In this document: piece by piece, positions 30,124 to 41,107 of the stretch
Position numbering within the stretch: position 1 is the stretch's first letter
Layout of the letters: the number at the start of each line of letters is the position of its first letter
Source: a bacterium
GTDB lineage: Bacteria > Myxococcota_A > Bradymonadia > REDH01
Direction: 5' to 3'
DNA length: 64,000 nucleotides
NCBI GenBank assembly: GCA_030427825.1
Contig: JAUICO010000002.1
Coordinates: forward strand, 25,634-89,633
Translations under genes and position numbers: made by a program
Notes under the pieces: generated by a model
Told to the model about the DNA's origin: nothing
Database searches by the model: none
What the model saw: only the letters and a program-made list of their open reading frames with translations

Positions 30124-30597
30124 CTACGCTGAGGGCTTCCACTTTGGGTTCAGCACGCGAAAGCCGGCCGGCGTCAGGGTGTTCATCTGCAGGTCGCTGA
30201 TTCGAACCCCCTGGCCGAGAAAGCGCAGACTGTTGTCCGGGCTCAGCTGCGCCGGAAAAATCAGCGCCTCAGCATTCGGTGTGTAGGACAGGTGCACGAG
30301 CAGCGTCTCTGGAAGACGGTTTCCATTGCCGATGAGAAGGTCCTCGCCGAGTCGATAGTAGCCCTGATTTCGTAGCGGAATCAGGCTCGCACACCAGCCT
30401 TCGTCGTTGACGAGGGCGCCGTTGCGGCCAAACTCCCAGCGGTTGTTGCGCAGTGTCGTAGGTGCAATGACCAGCGGCGGGCCCTGCTTGGAGCTGGGGT
30501 GAAACAGCACCAGGCGTCCTGCCGGCACGTCGCCATTCTTCGCCTTGAAGGTGAACGCGGTTCGGTACAGGCCACGGGGCGGTAGCAGAGCGCTCAC
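30124..30597 (-). CDS. Hypothetical protein
   Basis: 157-aa ORF of non-repetitive composition with no recognisable motif. Confidence 0.35.
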   Translation of the reverse strand: MSALLPPRGLYRTAFTFKAKNGDVPAGRLVLFHPSSKQGPPLVIAPTTLRNNRWEFGRNGALVNDEGWCASLIPLRNQGYYRLGEDLLIGNGNRLPETLLVHLSYTPNAEALIFPAQLSPDNSLRFLGQGVRISDLQMNTLTPAGFRVLNPKWKPSA

Positions 30598-30666
30598 GAG
30601 TCCTGCTCCACCTGCTGTAGAACACGCTCTGCGGGGTGTGCGACGCGCTTGTTCACCGGCTCTGCC

Positions 30667-31287
30667 TCATCGAGGGGCGGGGCCGACGCCGATCGTGTCG
30701 ATGACGGCATCGAGGCGGGCCGCGAGCTCTTCTTCGCCGGGGTAGGTCTGGCGATATCCAACCAGGGTTTTTCCGCTCTCCTCAAGGGCGAACGCGCGCA
30801 CCCGGGCGCGGGTCGCGCCGGCGCGAATCGAGAAGGTGTAGCCTACAGCGCTCTGTCCCATGACCTGCAGAATGCCGGGCGTGGGATCGATGCGAGCCGC
30901 GTCCGGGAACGCGGCCTGTACGCCCGCGACGACCTGATCGAGGGCGAGCTGCGTATTCGTTCGTCCCTGCGGGTCATCAATCTGGAGGGCGTGATGAAAG
31001 ACCGAGACAGAGAGAAAGGACTCGCCGGCGCGGTTTCCGGTGGCCGCATCGATCGGCGAAAAGGTGATGATGTCGACCTCGCCTTCAGGGGCGCGATGCT
31101 GTGAGTGCTCGAGGACCACACCGGGGCCCGGTGTAAAGTGCAGACCGCCTGCCTCGAAGACCTGGGGGCCGTCCTCCTCGCTCTCTTCCGGTGTCGCCTC
31201 GCATCCGAAGCTCAAGAGCATCAGTGCGATTGCGCTCAGGCTGATGGCGAGGGCGCGGGAGCCGGGGTGTTGGGGTCGGTTCATCAT
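30667..31287 (-). CDS. Hypothetical lipoprotein
   Basis: Signal peptide plus lipobox (LLSFGC). 206 aa. Confidence 0.5.
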   Translation of the reverse strand: MMNRPQHPGSRALAISLSAIALMLLSFGCEATPEESEEDGPQVFEAGGLHFTPGPGVVLEHSQHRAPEGEVDIITFSPIDAATGNRAGESFLSVSVFHHALQIDDPQGRTNTQLALDQVVAGVQAAFPDAARIDPTPGILQVMGQSAVGYTFSIRAGATRARVRAFALEESGKTLVGYRQTYPGEEELAARLDAVIDTIGVGPAPR

Positions 31288-31480
31288 CGCTTCTCCATGG
31301 GGAGTTGGGGCTCCTACAACGCCACGTGCGCGTCGTCACTGCCCCAGCCGGTCACACGCGCAGCGTCACTGGCGCAAAATCGCTGTCGCAGCAATACCGG
31401 CCGGGATCGATCGCCGGGACACGGACGCAAAGAAGCGCCGCCGCCCGAAGGCAAAGCGACGCTTCGAGTGGCTGCACTTC

Positions 31481-32197
31481 CTACTCTTCAGCTGCGTCGT
31501 CGTCGCTGAACAGGAAGAGAGATACGCCGCCTGCCAGTGCGCCACCGATCATCGGGGCGGGCAGGAAGCAGAGGAAGAACTGTCCGATCATCTTGAACTC
31601 ACCCTCGAAAATCGCCGGTCCCAGACTTCGTGCCGGGTTCACCGAAGTACCAGTGATCGGAATTCCAACAAGATGAACGGCGACCAGAGCAAAGCCGATG
31701 GCGATGCCTGCGAACGCCGCGTTCGCTTTCTTCGCGGTTGCACCGAGCACGACCATCACGAAAATGAAAGTGAGCATGATCTCGGCGACGAAGCACGAGG
31801 CATAGGTAAACGCCCCTTCTTCATGCCCGTAGGTATTCGCGCCCATCGTTGTGATGCTGCCTGCGCCCTTCGCGATCAGCCACAGCGTAAACGCGCCGAC
31901 GATGCCGCCGACGAACTGTGCTCCGACGTATGTCGCGGCGGTCACAGGAGTGATGCGCCCGCTGATGGCCGCCCCCAGGGTGACTGCCGGGTTCACGTGG
32001 CAGCCTGAGATCGGGCCGATCGAATATGCCAGCATTAACACTGCGAGCCCGAAGGCCATCGCGATGCCGAGGATGCTGAATCCCGGCCCTCGCCCGCCGC
32101 TTTGGACGAAGGCGACGACGGAGCCGCAACCGATGATGACGAGGATCGCCGTGCCCATAAACTCGGCGAATATCGCCTTTGCGTTGATACCATCCAT
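31481..32197 (-). CDS. aqpZ: Aquaporin Z / MIP-family channel
   Basis: Two NPA boxes (HVNPAVT and SVNPARS) and six TM helices. 238 aa. Confidence 0.85.
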   Translation of the reverse strand: MDGINAKAIFAEFMGTAILVIIGCGSVVAFVQSGGRGPGFSILGIAMAFGLAVLMLAYSIGPISGCHVNPAVTLGAAISGRITPVTAATYVGAQFVGGIVGAFTLWLIAKGAGSITTMGANTYGHEEGAFTYASCFVAEIMLTFIFVMVVLGATAKKANAAFAGIAIGFALVAVHLVGIPITGTSVNPARSLGPAIFEGEFKMIGQFFLCFLPAPMIGGALAGGVSLFLFSDDDAAEE

Positions 32198-32592
32198 GTT
32201 GCGCCTCCCGCAGAATATGTCGCGTGATGCCGACCGGCACCACCACGTGGTCAGGGCCTCCTTAGATCAGAGTGCGCCCCATTGCGCAATATCAGACGTC
32301 AGGCACGCCGTTTCGCCGGCACCCGGCGACCGGGGCGCGATCAAGGCCCGCAGACATCGTCCCGGGCAGCGTGCCGGTCCGGGCTGATGGTACGGGGGCG
32401 GCCTGCTTGTATGCCGCAGCAGCATGGATGCCAGTTGAATGCAGCAGCTCCCCGTCATTCTTACCCGGCCGTGGGAATAGGCTGCCCACTACCGTGACTT
32501 GCAGTCATGCGATCGATCGGTGCCCGATCTGACGGACGACGTCAGGCCCGGTACGCGCTGACGACCGCTATGCTAACAAGACTACGAACGGA

Positions 32593-34065
32593 TTGGCCGG
32601 GTTGCCTCGGTGCCTCGTTCCGCTGAGATTTTCGCGCCCGACACACCTGGTTGCTGTGCCCCTTCGCTCACTCATCATCGCCGTGGGACTCGTTCTGTGC
32701 GGGTGCGGCGCCCGCCACACGGTCCGAGCGGAGGCCGTTGTCGAGGCCCCCGAGGCGTTCTCGGCAGCCGTGCAATCCGGCATCGAGCCCCTCGACGAGC
32801 GTTGGTGGACCGCGTTCGATGATCCGGGCCTGAATGAGGTTGTTGACGCCGCGCTGGACCAGAACCTTGCGTTGCGGGCCGCGTACGAGCGCATCCGCGC
32901 CGCCGACGCAGTGGTCGCGCGCGAGCGCGGTGGTCGCCGTCCCGAGGTCGATGCCACAGCGTCGGCCGGCTATGGACCGTCGCAGTTTGAACGGGACGGA
33001 TGGCGCGCAGGCGTGGGCATGCAGGCCAGCTACGAGATTGACCTCTGGGGACGTGTACGCGCCGGCGTGCGGGCAGAACAGGCCCGTGCCGATGCGATAG
33101 CCGCAGACTACGAAGCCGCCGCGATCAGCCTTGCGGCAGAGACCTCGCTCGCCTGGTTGCAGCTTGCCGCGTTTGAAGAGATCCTCGCCACGATCGACGA
33201 ACAGCTCGCCCTCAACGAGACTACGTTGCGCCTGCTTGAGCGCCGGTTTGAAGGCGGCGCCGGCAACGCATCCGAGGTGCTTCGGCAACGCGCTCTGGTC
33301 TCGTCGACGCAGCAGGAACGGGATATCACGCGGACCGATCGGGACGTCGCCGCGCAGGCCCTCACTGTCCTGCTCGGCCGGCCATCGGCGACGCCGCCAA
33401 CATACCCGCCCGCATTGCCGGTTCTGCCTGCGCTGCCCGAAGCCGGCGTTCCCGGAGAGGTCATCGCGCGACGTCCTGATGTGCGTCGCGCGCTCTTCGA
33501 GCTCGAAGCTGCGGAGCAGGACGCGGCGGTCGCGGCCGCGGAGCGCCTGCCGCGGTTCTCGCTGACCGCCGGCTTGAACAGCGGCACCTCGGGCGCCGAG
33601 AACATCTTCCGTGAATGGACCCTATCCGTGCTGGGCGGGGTGCTGGCGCCGATATTTCACGGGGGCGCCCTGCGCGCAGAGCAGGAACGCGCCGTCGCTG
33701 TCAGGGACGAGCGCTGGTACACATACGGCGAAGCGGTCCTGGCGGCGCTCGTGGATGTCGAAACCGCAATCGCCCGTGAGCGGGGCGAGATCGTGCGGGC
33801 AGACTGGCTGCACGAGCGCGTCACCCTGCTGACCGCAGCGCTGGGTCAGCTTGAGCACCAGTTCTTCAACGGCACGGCGGACTACATCGACGTGCTGACC
33901 GCGCGCGGCGAATTGCAGCGGCTTGAGCGCGAGTTGATAGTGTCCCGGTGGGATCAGCTGAACCACCGCGTCGCGCTGTACCGCGCGATCGCCGGCGGAA
34001 TTACCGAGGCGTCCACCGGCACACCAACCGGAGCGCCTCCCGACGACCCTTCTCAGGAGCCGTAG
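32593..34065 (+). CDS. RND efflux outer-membrane factor (OMF/NodT-TolC family) lipoprotein
   Basis: Signal peptide plus Cys (LVLCGC) and tandem TolC-like coiled-coil repeats. 490 aa. Confidence 0.8.
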   Translation: MAGLPRCLVPLRFSRPTHLVAVPLRSLIIAVGLVLCGCGARHTVRAEAVVEAPEAFSAAVQSGIEPLDERWWTAFDDPGLNEVVDAALDQNLALRAAYERIRAADAVVARERGGRRPEVDATASAGYGPSQFERDGWRAGVGMQASYEIDLWGRVRAGVRAEQARADAIAADYEAAAISLAAETSLAWLQLAAFEEILATIDEQLALNETTLRLLERRFEGGAGNASEVLRQRALVSSTQQERDITRTDRDVAAQALTVLLGRPSATPPTYPPALPVLPALPEAGVPGEVIARRPDVRRALFELEAAEQDAAVAAAERLPRFSLTAGLNSGTSGAENIFREWTLSVLGGVLAPIFHGGALRAEQERAVAVRDERWYTYGEAVLAALVDVETAIARERGEIVRADWLHERVTLLTAALGQLEHQFFNGTADYIDVLTARGELQRLERELIVSRWDQLNHRVALYRAIAGGITEASTGTPTGAPPDDPSQEP

Positions 34066-35235
34066 ATGCGCCTCGTCGTTTCCCTCATACTCTGCGCTGC
34101 CATCGTCGTGGGCGGTGTGCTCGCCACGAAGTTCATCTTCGCGACGGAGCCGGTCGCCGAACGCTACGGTGCCGTGCGGCGCACTGCGATGCTCGTCGAA
34201 GTCACGGCCCCTGAGCACGGCACCTTTTCGCCGACGATCAAGGGCCTGGGCACGGTCGAGGCGTCACAGACGCTCTCGCTGAGCTCACGCATCGCCGGCC
34301 GCGTCACAGAGGTGGCTGACTCTCTGGTACCCGGCGGTGAAGTCGCTGCTTCGGACCTCCTGGTTACACTCGACCGCGAAGACTATCGCAACGTACTCGA
34401 ACAACGACGCGCCGAGCTGGCGCAGGCAGGCGCCGATCTGCGGATCGAGGAAGGCCGCGGAAACGTAGCAAACTACGACCTTGAGGTGGTGGGCGTGAAC
34501 GTCGCGGACGACGACCGCGACCTCGTGCTGCGCGAGCCGCAATACGCCGCTGCCGAAGCTCGAGTCGACGCTGCGCGGGCAGCCCTCCGTCAGGCCGATC
34601 AAGACCTGCGGCGCACGCGAATCTCGGCTCCCTTTGACGCACATGTGCTGCGCCGGGACGTCGAGGTCGGCGCACAGGTGAGCGCCGGGCAGCCTCTCGC
34701 GGAGCTGATCGGCATTGATGAGTTCTGGGTGATGGTGACGGTGCCGCAGGCCAGGCTCCCGTGGCTGGCGCTGGGGCGGAACGCCCCGGGAAGCAGGGCG
34801 ACGGTTCGCCTGCGTGACTGGCCGGAAGGTACGGTTCGTGAAGGCCGCGCGGTGCGCGTTGTGGGCGCACTCGATGAGACCACACGACTGGCGCGGGTCG
34901 TCGTCGAAGTACAGGACCCTTTGGCTCGTTCTCCCGAGAACGCTGCTCTCGAGCCGCTGATGGTCGGCGCCTTTGTAGAGGTTGAGATGGAGGCGGTTCA
35001 GGTAGAGGACGTCGTCAGAATCCCCCGCGATTACGTACGGGCCGGGGACACGGTTTGGGAGATGGATTCCGACGACCTTCTACAGATCCGCGAGGTGGAC
35101 ATCGTGTTTGAAGACGATGACTGGGCGTACATCAGCGTAGGCCTTTCGCCGGACGCCCGGGTCGTGACATCGAACCTCGCAACCGTGCGTGCCGGCGCCG
35201 AGCTACGTTTGAGTTCGGATGGGGAAGCGCTGTGA
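34066..35235 (+). CDS. RND efflux periplasmic adaptor (membrane fusion protein, HlyD family)
   Basis: N-terminal TM, coiled-coil hairpin and beta-barrel-like regions. It starts 1 nt after the OMF stop. Confidence 0.8.
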   Translation: MRLVVSLILCAAIVVGGVLATKFIFATEPVAERYGAVRRTAMLVEVTAPEHGTFSPTIKGLGTVEASQTLSLSSRIAGRVTEVADSLVPGGEVAASDLLVTLDREDYRNVLEQRRAELAQAGADLRIEEGRGNVANYDLEVVGVNVADDDRDLVLREPQYAAAEARVDAARAALRQADQDLRRTRISAPFDAHVLRRDVEVGAQVSAGQPLAELIGIDEFWVMVTVPQARLPWLALGRNAPGSRATVRLRDWPEGTVREGRAVRVVGALDETTRLARVVVEVQDPLARSPENAALEPLMVGAFVEVEMEAVQVEDVVRIPRDYVRAGDTVWEMDSDDLLQIREVDIVFEDDDWAYISVGLSPDARVVTSNLATVRAGAELRLSSDGEAL

Positions 35236-38200
35236 GCGACAAGACGATGCCGCACGCGAACGGGCCCATCGCGTTTATGGCCCACAACCCGATCGCGGCC
35301 AATCTGTTGATGGTCATCCTGCTGGCCGGCGGCTTGTGGACGATGGCCAACATCCAGAAAGAGGTGATTCCCGAGTACGCCCTCGACATGGTCGAAATCG
35401 AGGTCGGGTACCCGGGGGCTGCGCCCACCGAGGTTGAGCAGGGCATCTTGCGTCCGATCGAGGCCGCAATACGCGGCATCGACGGCATCTCCGAGGTGAC
35501 CTCAACCGCCCGTGAAGGCCGCGGCAGCGTCTCCGTTGAGCTGGTGTCCGGCACGGACCGCATGAAAGCGTTTCAGGACATCGATCAGGCGGTCAGCCGG
35601 ATCCGGACCTTCCCGGATGACATTGACCAGCCTGAGGTCGCGTTGGCATCCAACCAACGTCAGGTCCTGGTCGTCTCGCTCTATGGTCCGCTCGACATCT
35701 GGGAGCTTCGCCAGACCGGCGAAAGCGTTCGCGATACGCTGCTCAGTACGCCCGGAATCACGCAGGTCGAGCTCCGCGAGATGCCCGGCTACGTCACCCA
35801 CGTCGAGATCGAGCATGACACGCTCCGAGAGTACGGCCTCACCCTTGACCAGGTCAGCGCGGCGATCGCGCAGGCAAGCACCGACGTGCCGGCCGGGTCC
35901 ATTGAGACGGCAGGCGGCGAGATTCTGCTGCGTGTGCAGGAGCGCAAGCAGTGGGCCGACGAGTTCGCCGAAATTGAAGTGCTCTCGTCGCACAGCGGTG
36001 GTCGGGTTCTGCTCGGTGACATCGCGACTGTGCGAGACGACTTCGAAGAGGCAGGATTTTTCGGCGAGTTTAACCGCAATCCGGCTGTCGATATTCGAGT
36101 GTATCGGGTCGGTGATCAGTCGCCGATCGAGGTCGCAGATGCCGTCATCGACACCATGGAGTCGCTGGCGGCAACGCTGCCGCCGGGGCTCGACTACCGT
36201 ATCGATAACAACGCGGCCGACGACTATCGCGAACGCCTCGATCTGCTGACCGAGAACGCCCTCACCGCCATCATCATCGTCTTCTTCGTGCTGGCGCTGT
36301 TCCTCGAGCTCCGCCTCGCGTTCTGGGTGATGATGGGGATGTTGATTTCGTTCGTCGGAGCGTTTGTCTTCATGCCGATGGTCGATCTGACCGTGAACAT
36401 GGTCTCGATGTTCGGCTTTCTGTTGGTTCTCGGCATTGTTGTCGACGACGCGATCGTCGTTGGCGAAAACGTGCACGAGTACCGTGAGAAGGGGATGACG
36501 CCGATTCAGGCGGCGATCCAGGGGACCCGTGACATGGCACGACCGGTGATCTTCGCGATCCTCACCAACATCATCGCGTTCGTGCCACTGCTGATGATCC
36601 CGGGAGTGAGCGGCAAGTACTGGCGTCCGATTCCACTTGTGGTGATCATCGTGCTGCTGGTCTCCCTGGCCGAAGCGCTGTTCATTCTTCCGGCGCATCT
36701 CGCGCACGCGAAAGAGCCGCGCAAGCACGGTCCGCTGGCATGGATCGCAAGGCTCCGGCTGGCGTTTTCGCGGGGCTTCGAGCGGGCCGTCGTGGCCGTC
36801 TACAGGCCGATATTGCGCGTTGCCGTCAGGTATCGATACGTGACGATTACAGGCGCGGTGACATTGCTGACGATTGTCGGCGCCTACGCGAAGTCTGATC
36901 ACATGGGCACCGTGCTGATGCCCGAGAGCGCGGCCGACGAGATCGAGGCCGGCGTACGGCTACCGGTAGGCGCAACGGTCGAGCAGGCGGAGTCGATGGC
37001 GCGTAGCGTGACCGAGGCGACGCACCGGATGTTCGAGCGGCACAACCTGTTTGAGCAGGCTGAGGGCATCAAGACAAATGTTCGCGGATCGAGCTTTATC
37101 GATGTTGAGTTGGTGCTCCGACCCCCGAATCAGCGCACGATGACCGCTCAGGAGATTATCGAACTGTGGCGCGACGAAATTGGGGACATTCCGGGCGTCA
37201 GCCAGATCACTTTTGAGGCGGAGCGGGGACCGGGCGGGCACCGAAAAGATATCGAAGTGGACCTCAGCCACAGCGACCTCGCGATGCTCGAAGGGGCGAC
37301 ACACGCCTTCGTCGCCGCGCTTGAGCAGTACGCCTCGGCGCGGGACATTTCCGACAACTACAACGCAGGCAAGCAGCAGCTGGATGTGCGCCTGCGCGAC
37401 GAGGGCCGGCGCCTGGGCCTGACCGCCGCGTCGGTTGGCAGACAGCTCCGCAGCGCCTTCTACGGCGACCTCGCGATTCGTGAACTCCGCGGCACCAACG
37501 AGTTCGAGGTGCGTGTTCGCCTGCCGCGTGAGGAGCGACTCGACGCGCGCTATCTTGAGTCATTCATCGTACGGACGCCGGACGGCGTCGAGGTACCTCT
37601 GCTCGAAGTCGCAGAGCTGACACCCACCGCAGCCTTCAACTCGATCGACCGTCGAGGTGGACGGCGCGCTGTCACGGTCGCGCTCAATGCCCAGCCTGCG
37701 AACGCAGCGACGCAGCTGGTCGCCGCCATTTCAGAAGATGTGCTGCCCGGCATACGCGACCAGTATCCCGGTCTGACCTGGGTCTTCAACGGCAGCCAGG
37801 CAGAGATGCGCGAGTCCACCCGCTCTCTCTATGGCGGCTTTGGCCTCGCCCTGTTCGCTATCTACGCGCTCCTCGCCGTCGCTCTTGGCAGCTATGTCCA
37901 GCCGCTTATCGTCATGGGCGCGATCCCCTTTGGAATCGTCGGCGCCGTTCTCGGTCACATGCTGCTCGGCCACGACCTGTCCCTGGTCAGCGTGATGGGT
38001 GTCATCGCGCTCTCGGGGGTGGTGTTGAACGACTCGCTCATCATGGTCGACTACGCCAACAAGCACCGCGGCGACCGCTCGGTGGTTGATGCCATCGCCA
38101 ACGCCGGCGTTCGCCGCTTTCGCCCCATCATGCTCACGACCCTGACAACCTTCGGAGGTCTCGCGCCCATCATTGCGGAGACGTCAGCGCAGGCACGGCA

Positions 38201-38369
38201 GTTGATTCCGATGGCGATCTCACTTGGCTTCGGGATCGTTTTCGCCACCGCGATCATCCTTGTGATTGTGCCGTGCCTGTATGTCGCGGTTGACGACGTT
38301 GCGCAGCTGTTGCGCCGGTTGTCAGGCATGAACCCGCTCGCTGACGCGGAGGCAGAGAGCGCGTCGTAG
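35232..38369 (+). CDS. RND efflux permease (AcrB/CzcA family)
   Basis: 1045 aa with 12-TM architecture and large periplasmic loops. It overlaps the MFP stop by 4 nt. Confidence 0.9.
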   Translation: MSDKTMPHANGPIAFMAHNPIAANLLMVILLAGGLWTMANIQKEVIPEYALDMVEIEVGYPGAAPTEVEQGILRPIEAAIRGIDGISEVTSTAREGRGSVSVELVSGTDRMKAFQDIDQAVSRIRTFPDDIDQPEVALASNQRQVLVVSLYGPLDIWELRQTGESVRDTLLSTPGITQVELREMPGYVTHVEIEHDTLREYGLTLDQVSAAIAQASTDVPAGSIETAGGEILLRVQERKQWADEFAEIEVLSSHSGGRVLLGDIATVRDDFEEAGFFGEFNRNPAVDIRVYRVGDQSPIEVADAVIDTMESLAATLPPGLDYRIDNNAADDYRERLDLLTENALTAIIIVFFVLALFLELRLAFWVMMGMLISFVGAFVFMPMVDLTVNMVSMFGFLLVLGIVVDDAIVVGENVHEYREKGMTPIQAAIQGTRDMARPVIFAILTNIIAFVPLLMIPGVSGKYWRPIPLVVIIVLLVSLAEALFILPAHLAHAKEPRKHGPLAWIARLRLAFSRGFERAVVAVYRPILRVAVRYRYVTITGAVTLLTIVGAYAKSDHMGTVLMPESAADEIEAGVRLPVGATVEQAESMARSVTEATHRMFERHNLFEQAEGIKTNVRGSSFIDVELVLRPPNQRTMTAQEIIELWRDEIGDIPGVSQITFEAERGPGGHRKDIEVDLSHSDLAMLEGATHAFVAALEQYASARDISDNYNAGKQQLDVRLRDEGRRLGLTAASVGRQLRSAFYGDLAIRELRGTNEFEVRVRLPREERLDARYLESFIVRTPDGVEVPLLEVAELTPTAAFNSIDRRGGRRAVTVALNAQPANAATQLVAAISEDVLPGIRDQYPGLTWVFNGSQAEMRESTRSLYGGFGLALFAIYALLAVALGSYVQPLIVMGAIPFGIVGAVLGHMLLGHDLSLVSVMGVIALSGVVLNDSLIMVDYANKHRGDRSVVDAIANAGVRRFRPIMLTTLTTFGGLAPIIAETSAQARQLIPMAISLGFGIVFATAIILVIVPCLYVAVDDVAQLLRRLSGMNPLADAEAESAS

Positions 38370-38557
38370 CGGCTCCGCGCATGCCACGGCACGCCACAAC
38401 GAGCAGGGAGCAGGCGAACTTCGCCGTTGGCCCCCACACCATAGTGCCACGGCCATGTGCGCCCGCGCGCTTCCTTCAACCGCGCACCGCGCGCCGAACG
38501 GGCAGTCACGAGCACACACTGCGCCCCACTGCGCAATCATCATCCCACTCAGAGCAG

Positions 38558-40078
38558 CTACTGCTGGATGCGGTCCAGGCGCTGCTGCACCTCGGCCGGA
38601 CTGTAGGCGCCGTTGCCGCTGGTTGCGCGTACGCGCTGCACCGCGTCCTCCAGCTCGTCGGCGGCAAGGGGCGCCGCCAGCTCGTCAGCCGTTGCCTCAC
38701 GACCCTCGGCGCGCGCGGCTTCGATGCGGCGGGCCTGCACCTCGCGGACCACACTCAACAGCGTCTCGTCGACGGCGAAGAGTCCCGCGGCCGGGGAATA
38801 CTCCGCGCCACAGGCGTACTGTCCGCCCTGCACACTGATGCCTCGCGTACTCCGGACACGGTACACTCCGCCGGCGACCGTGAGCCCATGCACACTTCCT
38901 GCGTTCAGTGTTCCTGCCCACACCTGCTCGCCGTCCCGAAGGTCCGTCACGGTGACGTCACTGCCGTCAAAGTAGGAGAATACCCACAGCTCAGCCGGTG
39001 TCGGCAGAATGAAGTCGTTCTCGATGCCCGTTCCTTCGCCGCCCATGCTGAAGTGATGCTCAGCATAGCCGCCGCTGGCTTCGATCTCTGCGAGAGGCGC
39101 CACATAGGCACTGATGTCGACATCCGATGTAATCTCTACGTGACGGCGAATCAGCGTGAGGTTGTGGGCGGTTCCTGCTTCGAGCACGCCGGCCCAGATT
39201 TCGCTGCCGTCATTGATGTCACGCACACGCACATTTGCGTCAGTATAGTACGAGATCAGGGCGAGGTCGTTTCGCCCCTGGGTGATGTCACCCACATACG
39301 TATAGAAGCGTGTTCCCGACGCTCTGCCGTCTTCTGACGGGACGGCAAAGCCCTCATCGTAGTATACCTGCACCGCGACATTCGCCGCTTCGGCCTCAAT
39401 GTGCAGCACCTGGTTGGCCATCCCGCCCAGCGCCGGTGACAGAATCTCGTGGTAGGATCCTCGTTCAATCGAGCCGGACCACACTTCGGTGCCGGTCGTT
39501 TGATTGCGAATCGTGACCTGTGTGTCATCCCAGGACCACACAATTACCCGCGCGTCAGCCGCCGAGATCGAACTCGGGAGCTGCGTGAAGAAATCGTCGC
39601 CGCGAAATGCGCCTTCCTGATCGCGTACCCAGTAGCCGACCGCTGTGCATGCGGAGGGGGTGCCGACCAGAATAGCGGCCTTCTTGTCGGCGAGGAAACC
39701 AAACACGCCGGCCCCCGTGGGGATCAGCTGCGTCTCGCCGCGCTCTACGGTTCCGTGCCAGATGGTGCCGCCGTCAGCGACGCTCACGATACGTACGTTC
39801 GTGCCGTTCTCATAGCCGTGTACGACAGCTTCTGCGGCCGTGTAGAAGTACGTAGTGTAGAAAAGTTCACCCGAATCGGAGGAAGCGCCGGCCTCGGGTC
39901 CGGGCACCTGCGCCGGCGGTTCACTGCTCGTGCCGTCGCCGACAACGGCGACACTCGATGCGCCTGTGACCGGCTCGATGGGAGGCGAGTCGTCGGCCAT
40001 CGCCGCGACACATGCCGATAAGAGAATGCCCAGCGAAAGCGCGGCGGTGAAACGAAGTACAGACGTCCGAACGGTCAT
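38558..40078 (-). CDS. Secreted lipoprotein built from a repeated ~60-residue module (…YY.DG..V.V.D..DG..IW.G.LE.G..H.L…)
   Basis: Signal peptide plus lipobox (ILLSAC). At least 4 copies of the WxG-containing module are present (TIWHGTVERGE, EVWSGSIERGS, EIWAGVLEAGT, QVWAGTLNAGS). Confidence 0.5.
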   Translation of the reverse strand: MTVRTSVLRFTAALSLGILLSACVAAMADDSPPIEPVTGASSVAVVGDGTSSEPPAQVPGPEAGASSDSGELFYTTYFYTAAEAVVHGYENGTNVRIVSVADGGTIWHGTVERGETQLIPTGAGVFGFLADKKAAILVGTPSACTAVGYWVRDQEGAFRGDDFFTQLPSSISAADARVIVWSWDDTQVTIRNQTTGTEVWSGSIERGSYHEILSPALGGMANQVLHIEAEAANVAVQVYYDEGFAVPSEDGRASGTRFYTYVGDITQGRNDLALISYYTDANVRVRDINDGSEIWAGVLEAGTAHNLTLIRRHVEITSDVDISAYVAPLAEIEASGGYAEHHFSMGGEGTGIENDFILPTPAELWVFSYFDGSDVTVTDLRDGEQVWAGTLNAGSVHGLTVAGGVYRVRSTRGISVQGGQYACGAEYSPAAGLFAVDETLLSVVREVQARRIEAARAEGREATADELAAPLAADELEDAVQRVRATSGNGAYSPAEVQQRLDRIQQ

Positions 40079-40158
40079 TGTGTGTCCCCAGAACTGAGAT
40101 TGGTAGAGCGTGCAGCTGTGCGCCGCTCAAGCTCAAACGGGGGACCTCACAGATCGTT

Positions 40159-40926
40159 TCAGCCGTTGACGCGAAAGACGCGGAGGGTGACGGGCCAGAC
40201 CACATCGCGCGCTCGCCCGGGATCACCCCACGCAGCCGCAAACTCCCCGGCGACGATGGAATAGGGATCGTGTCCCCGGGCCGCCCGGTAGCGCTTCGCC
40301 GCGGACCAGGTTCCCAGGTAGCCGGCGTACTCCTCGAGGGTCCACGACAGCCGCATCACAAAAGGCGGCACCGCATCGAGCTCGTCGAAGGGCAGATCGA
40401 TGTCCGCATAGCGAGCGACGACGTGGCTGCGTTCTGCGGGCCAGTACGGGCCTACGACCTCGGAGTAGTAGCGCACGAATACGGCGTCGATCTCGGGGCT
40501 GACCTCCGAAAAGGAATAGGAGATGAGCGCGAGCAGCCCGTTGGGCCTCAGGACGCGCTGCACTTCGTCATAGAATCGCCGATGATCAAACCAGTGAAAG
40601 GCCTGCGCCACCGTGACCAGATCGCAGCTCGCCGAATCCAGGCCGGATGCCTCAGCGGGAGCGACCGCGAAGCGAAGGCCCACCGACGGCGCATCATCGT
40701 CCTCCAACGCGTTTCGGATCTGTTCCGGGCTGGCGTCTGTCGCGGTTACGCGGGCAAAGTAGGGCGTCAGCAGACGCGCGGCCTGCCCGTTTCCCGTCCC
40801 GCAGTCCAGCGCGTGCTCTGTCCTCGGTGCTATCGACGCAAGCCACGCGAAGAGCTCGGCGGGGTAGCCGGGTCGGTACCTGCGGTACTCGTCAGCATGG
40901 CCTGAGAAGTGGTCCTTAAATCCCAA
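40159..40926 (-). CDS. Class I SAM-dependent methyltransferase
   Basis: Motif I LDCGTGNGQAARLL. 255 aa. Confidence 0.75.
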   Translation of the reverse strand: MGFKDHFSGHADEYRRYRPGYPAELFAWLASIAPRTEHALDCGTGNGQAARLLTPYFARVTATDASPEQIRNALEDDDAPSVGLRFAVAPAEASGLDSASCDLVTVAQAFHWFDHRRFYDEVQRVLRPNGLLALISYSFSEVSPEIDAVFVRYYSEVVGPYWPAERSHVVARYADIDLPFDELDAVPPFVMRLSWTLEEYAGYLGTWSAAKRYRAARGHDPYSIVAGEFAAAWGDPGRARDVVWPVTLRVFRVNG

Positions 40927-41107
40927 ACCTGCCTCCCGGTGTCAGCGACCGGGACAGCCTGTACGCGGCCTTTCCGTGACGGTCGAGGGGGCGAAAGCCC
41001 GCTCGCGGAGCGCGGGGCAGAGCCTCGCACACTCGAATCCACATCATTGACGCCATGCGTCATTCGTACCACATGAAGCCCCTGCATTCGACAAAAGGAG
41101 AGCTGTT

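Noticed and set aside
30199-30208. GATTCGAACC, the reverse complement of the tRNA T-loop consensus GGTTCGAATC
   Set aside because: It lies inside a protein-coding ORF (30124..30597). The flanking bases cannot form a T-stem or an acceptor stem, so it is not a tRNA.
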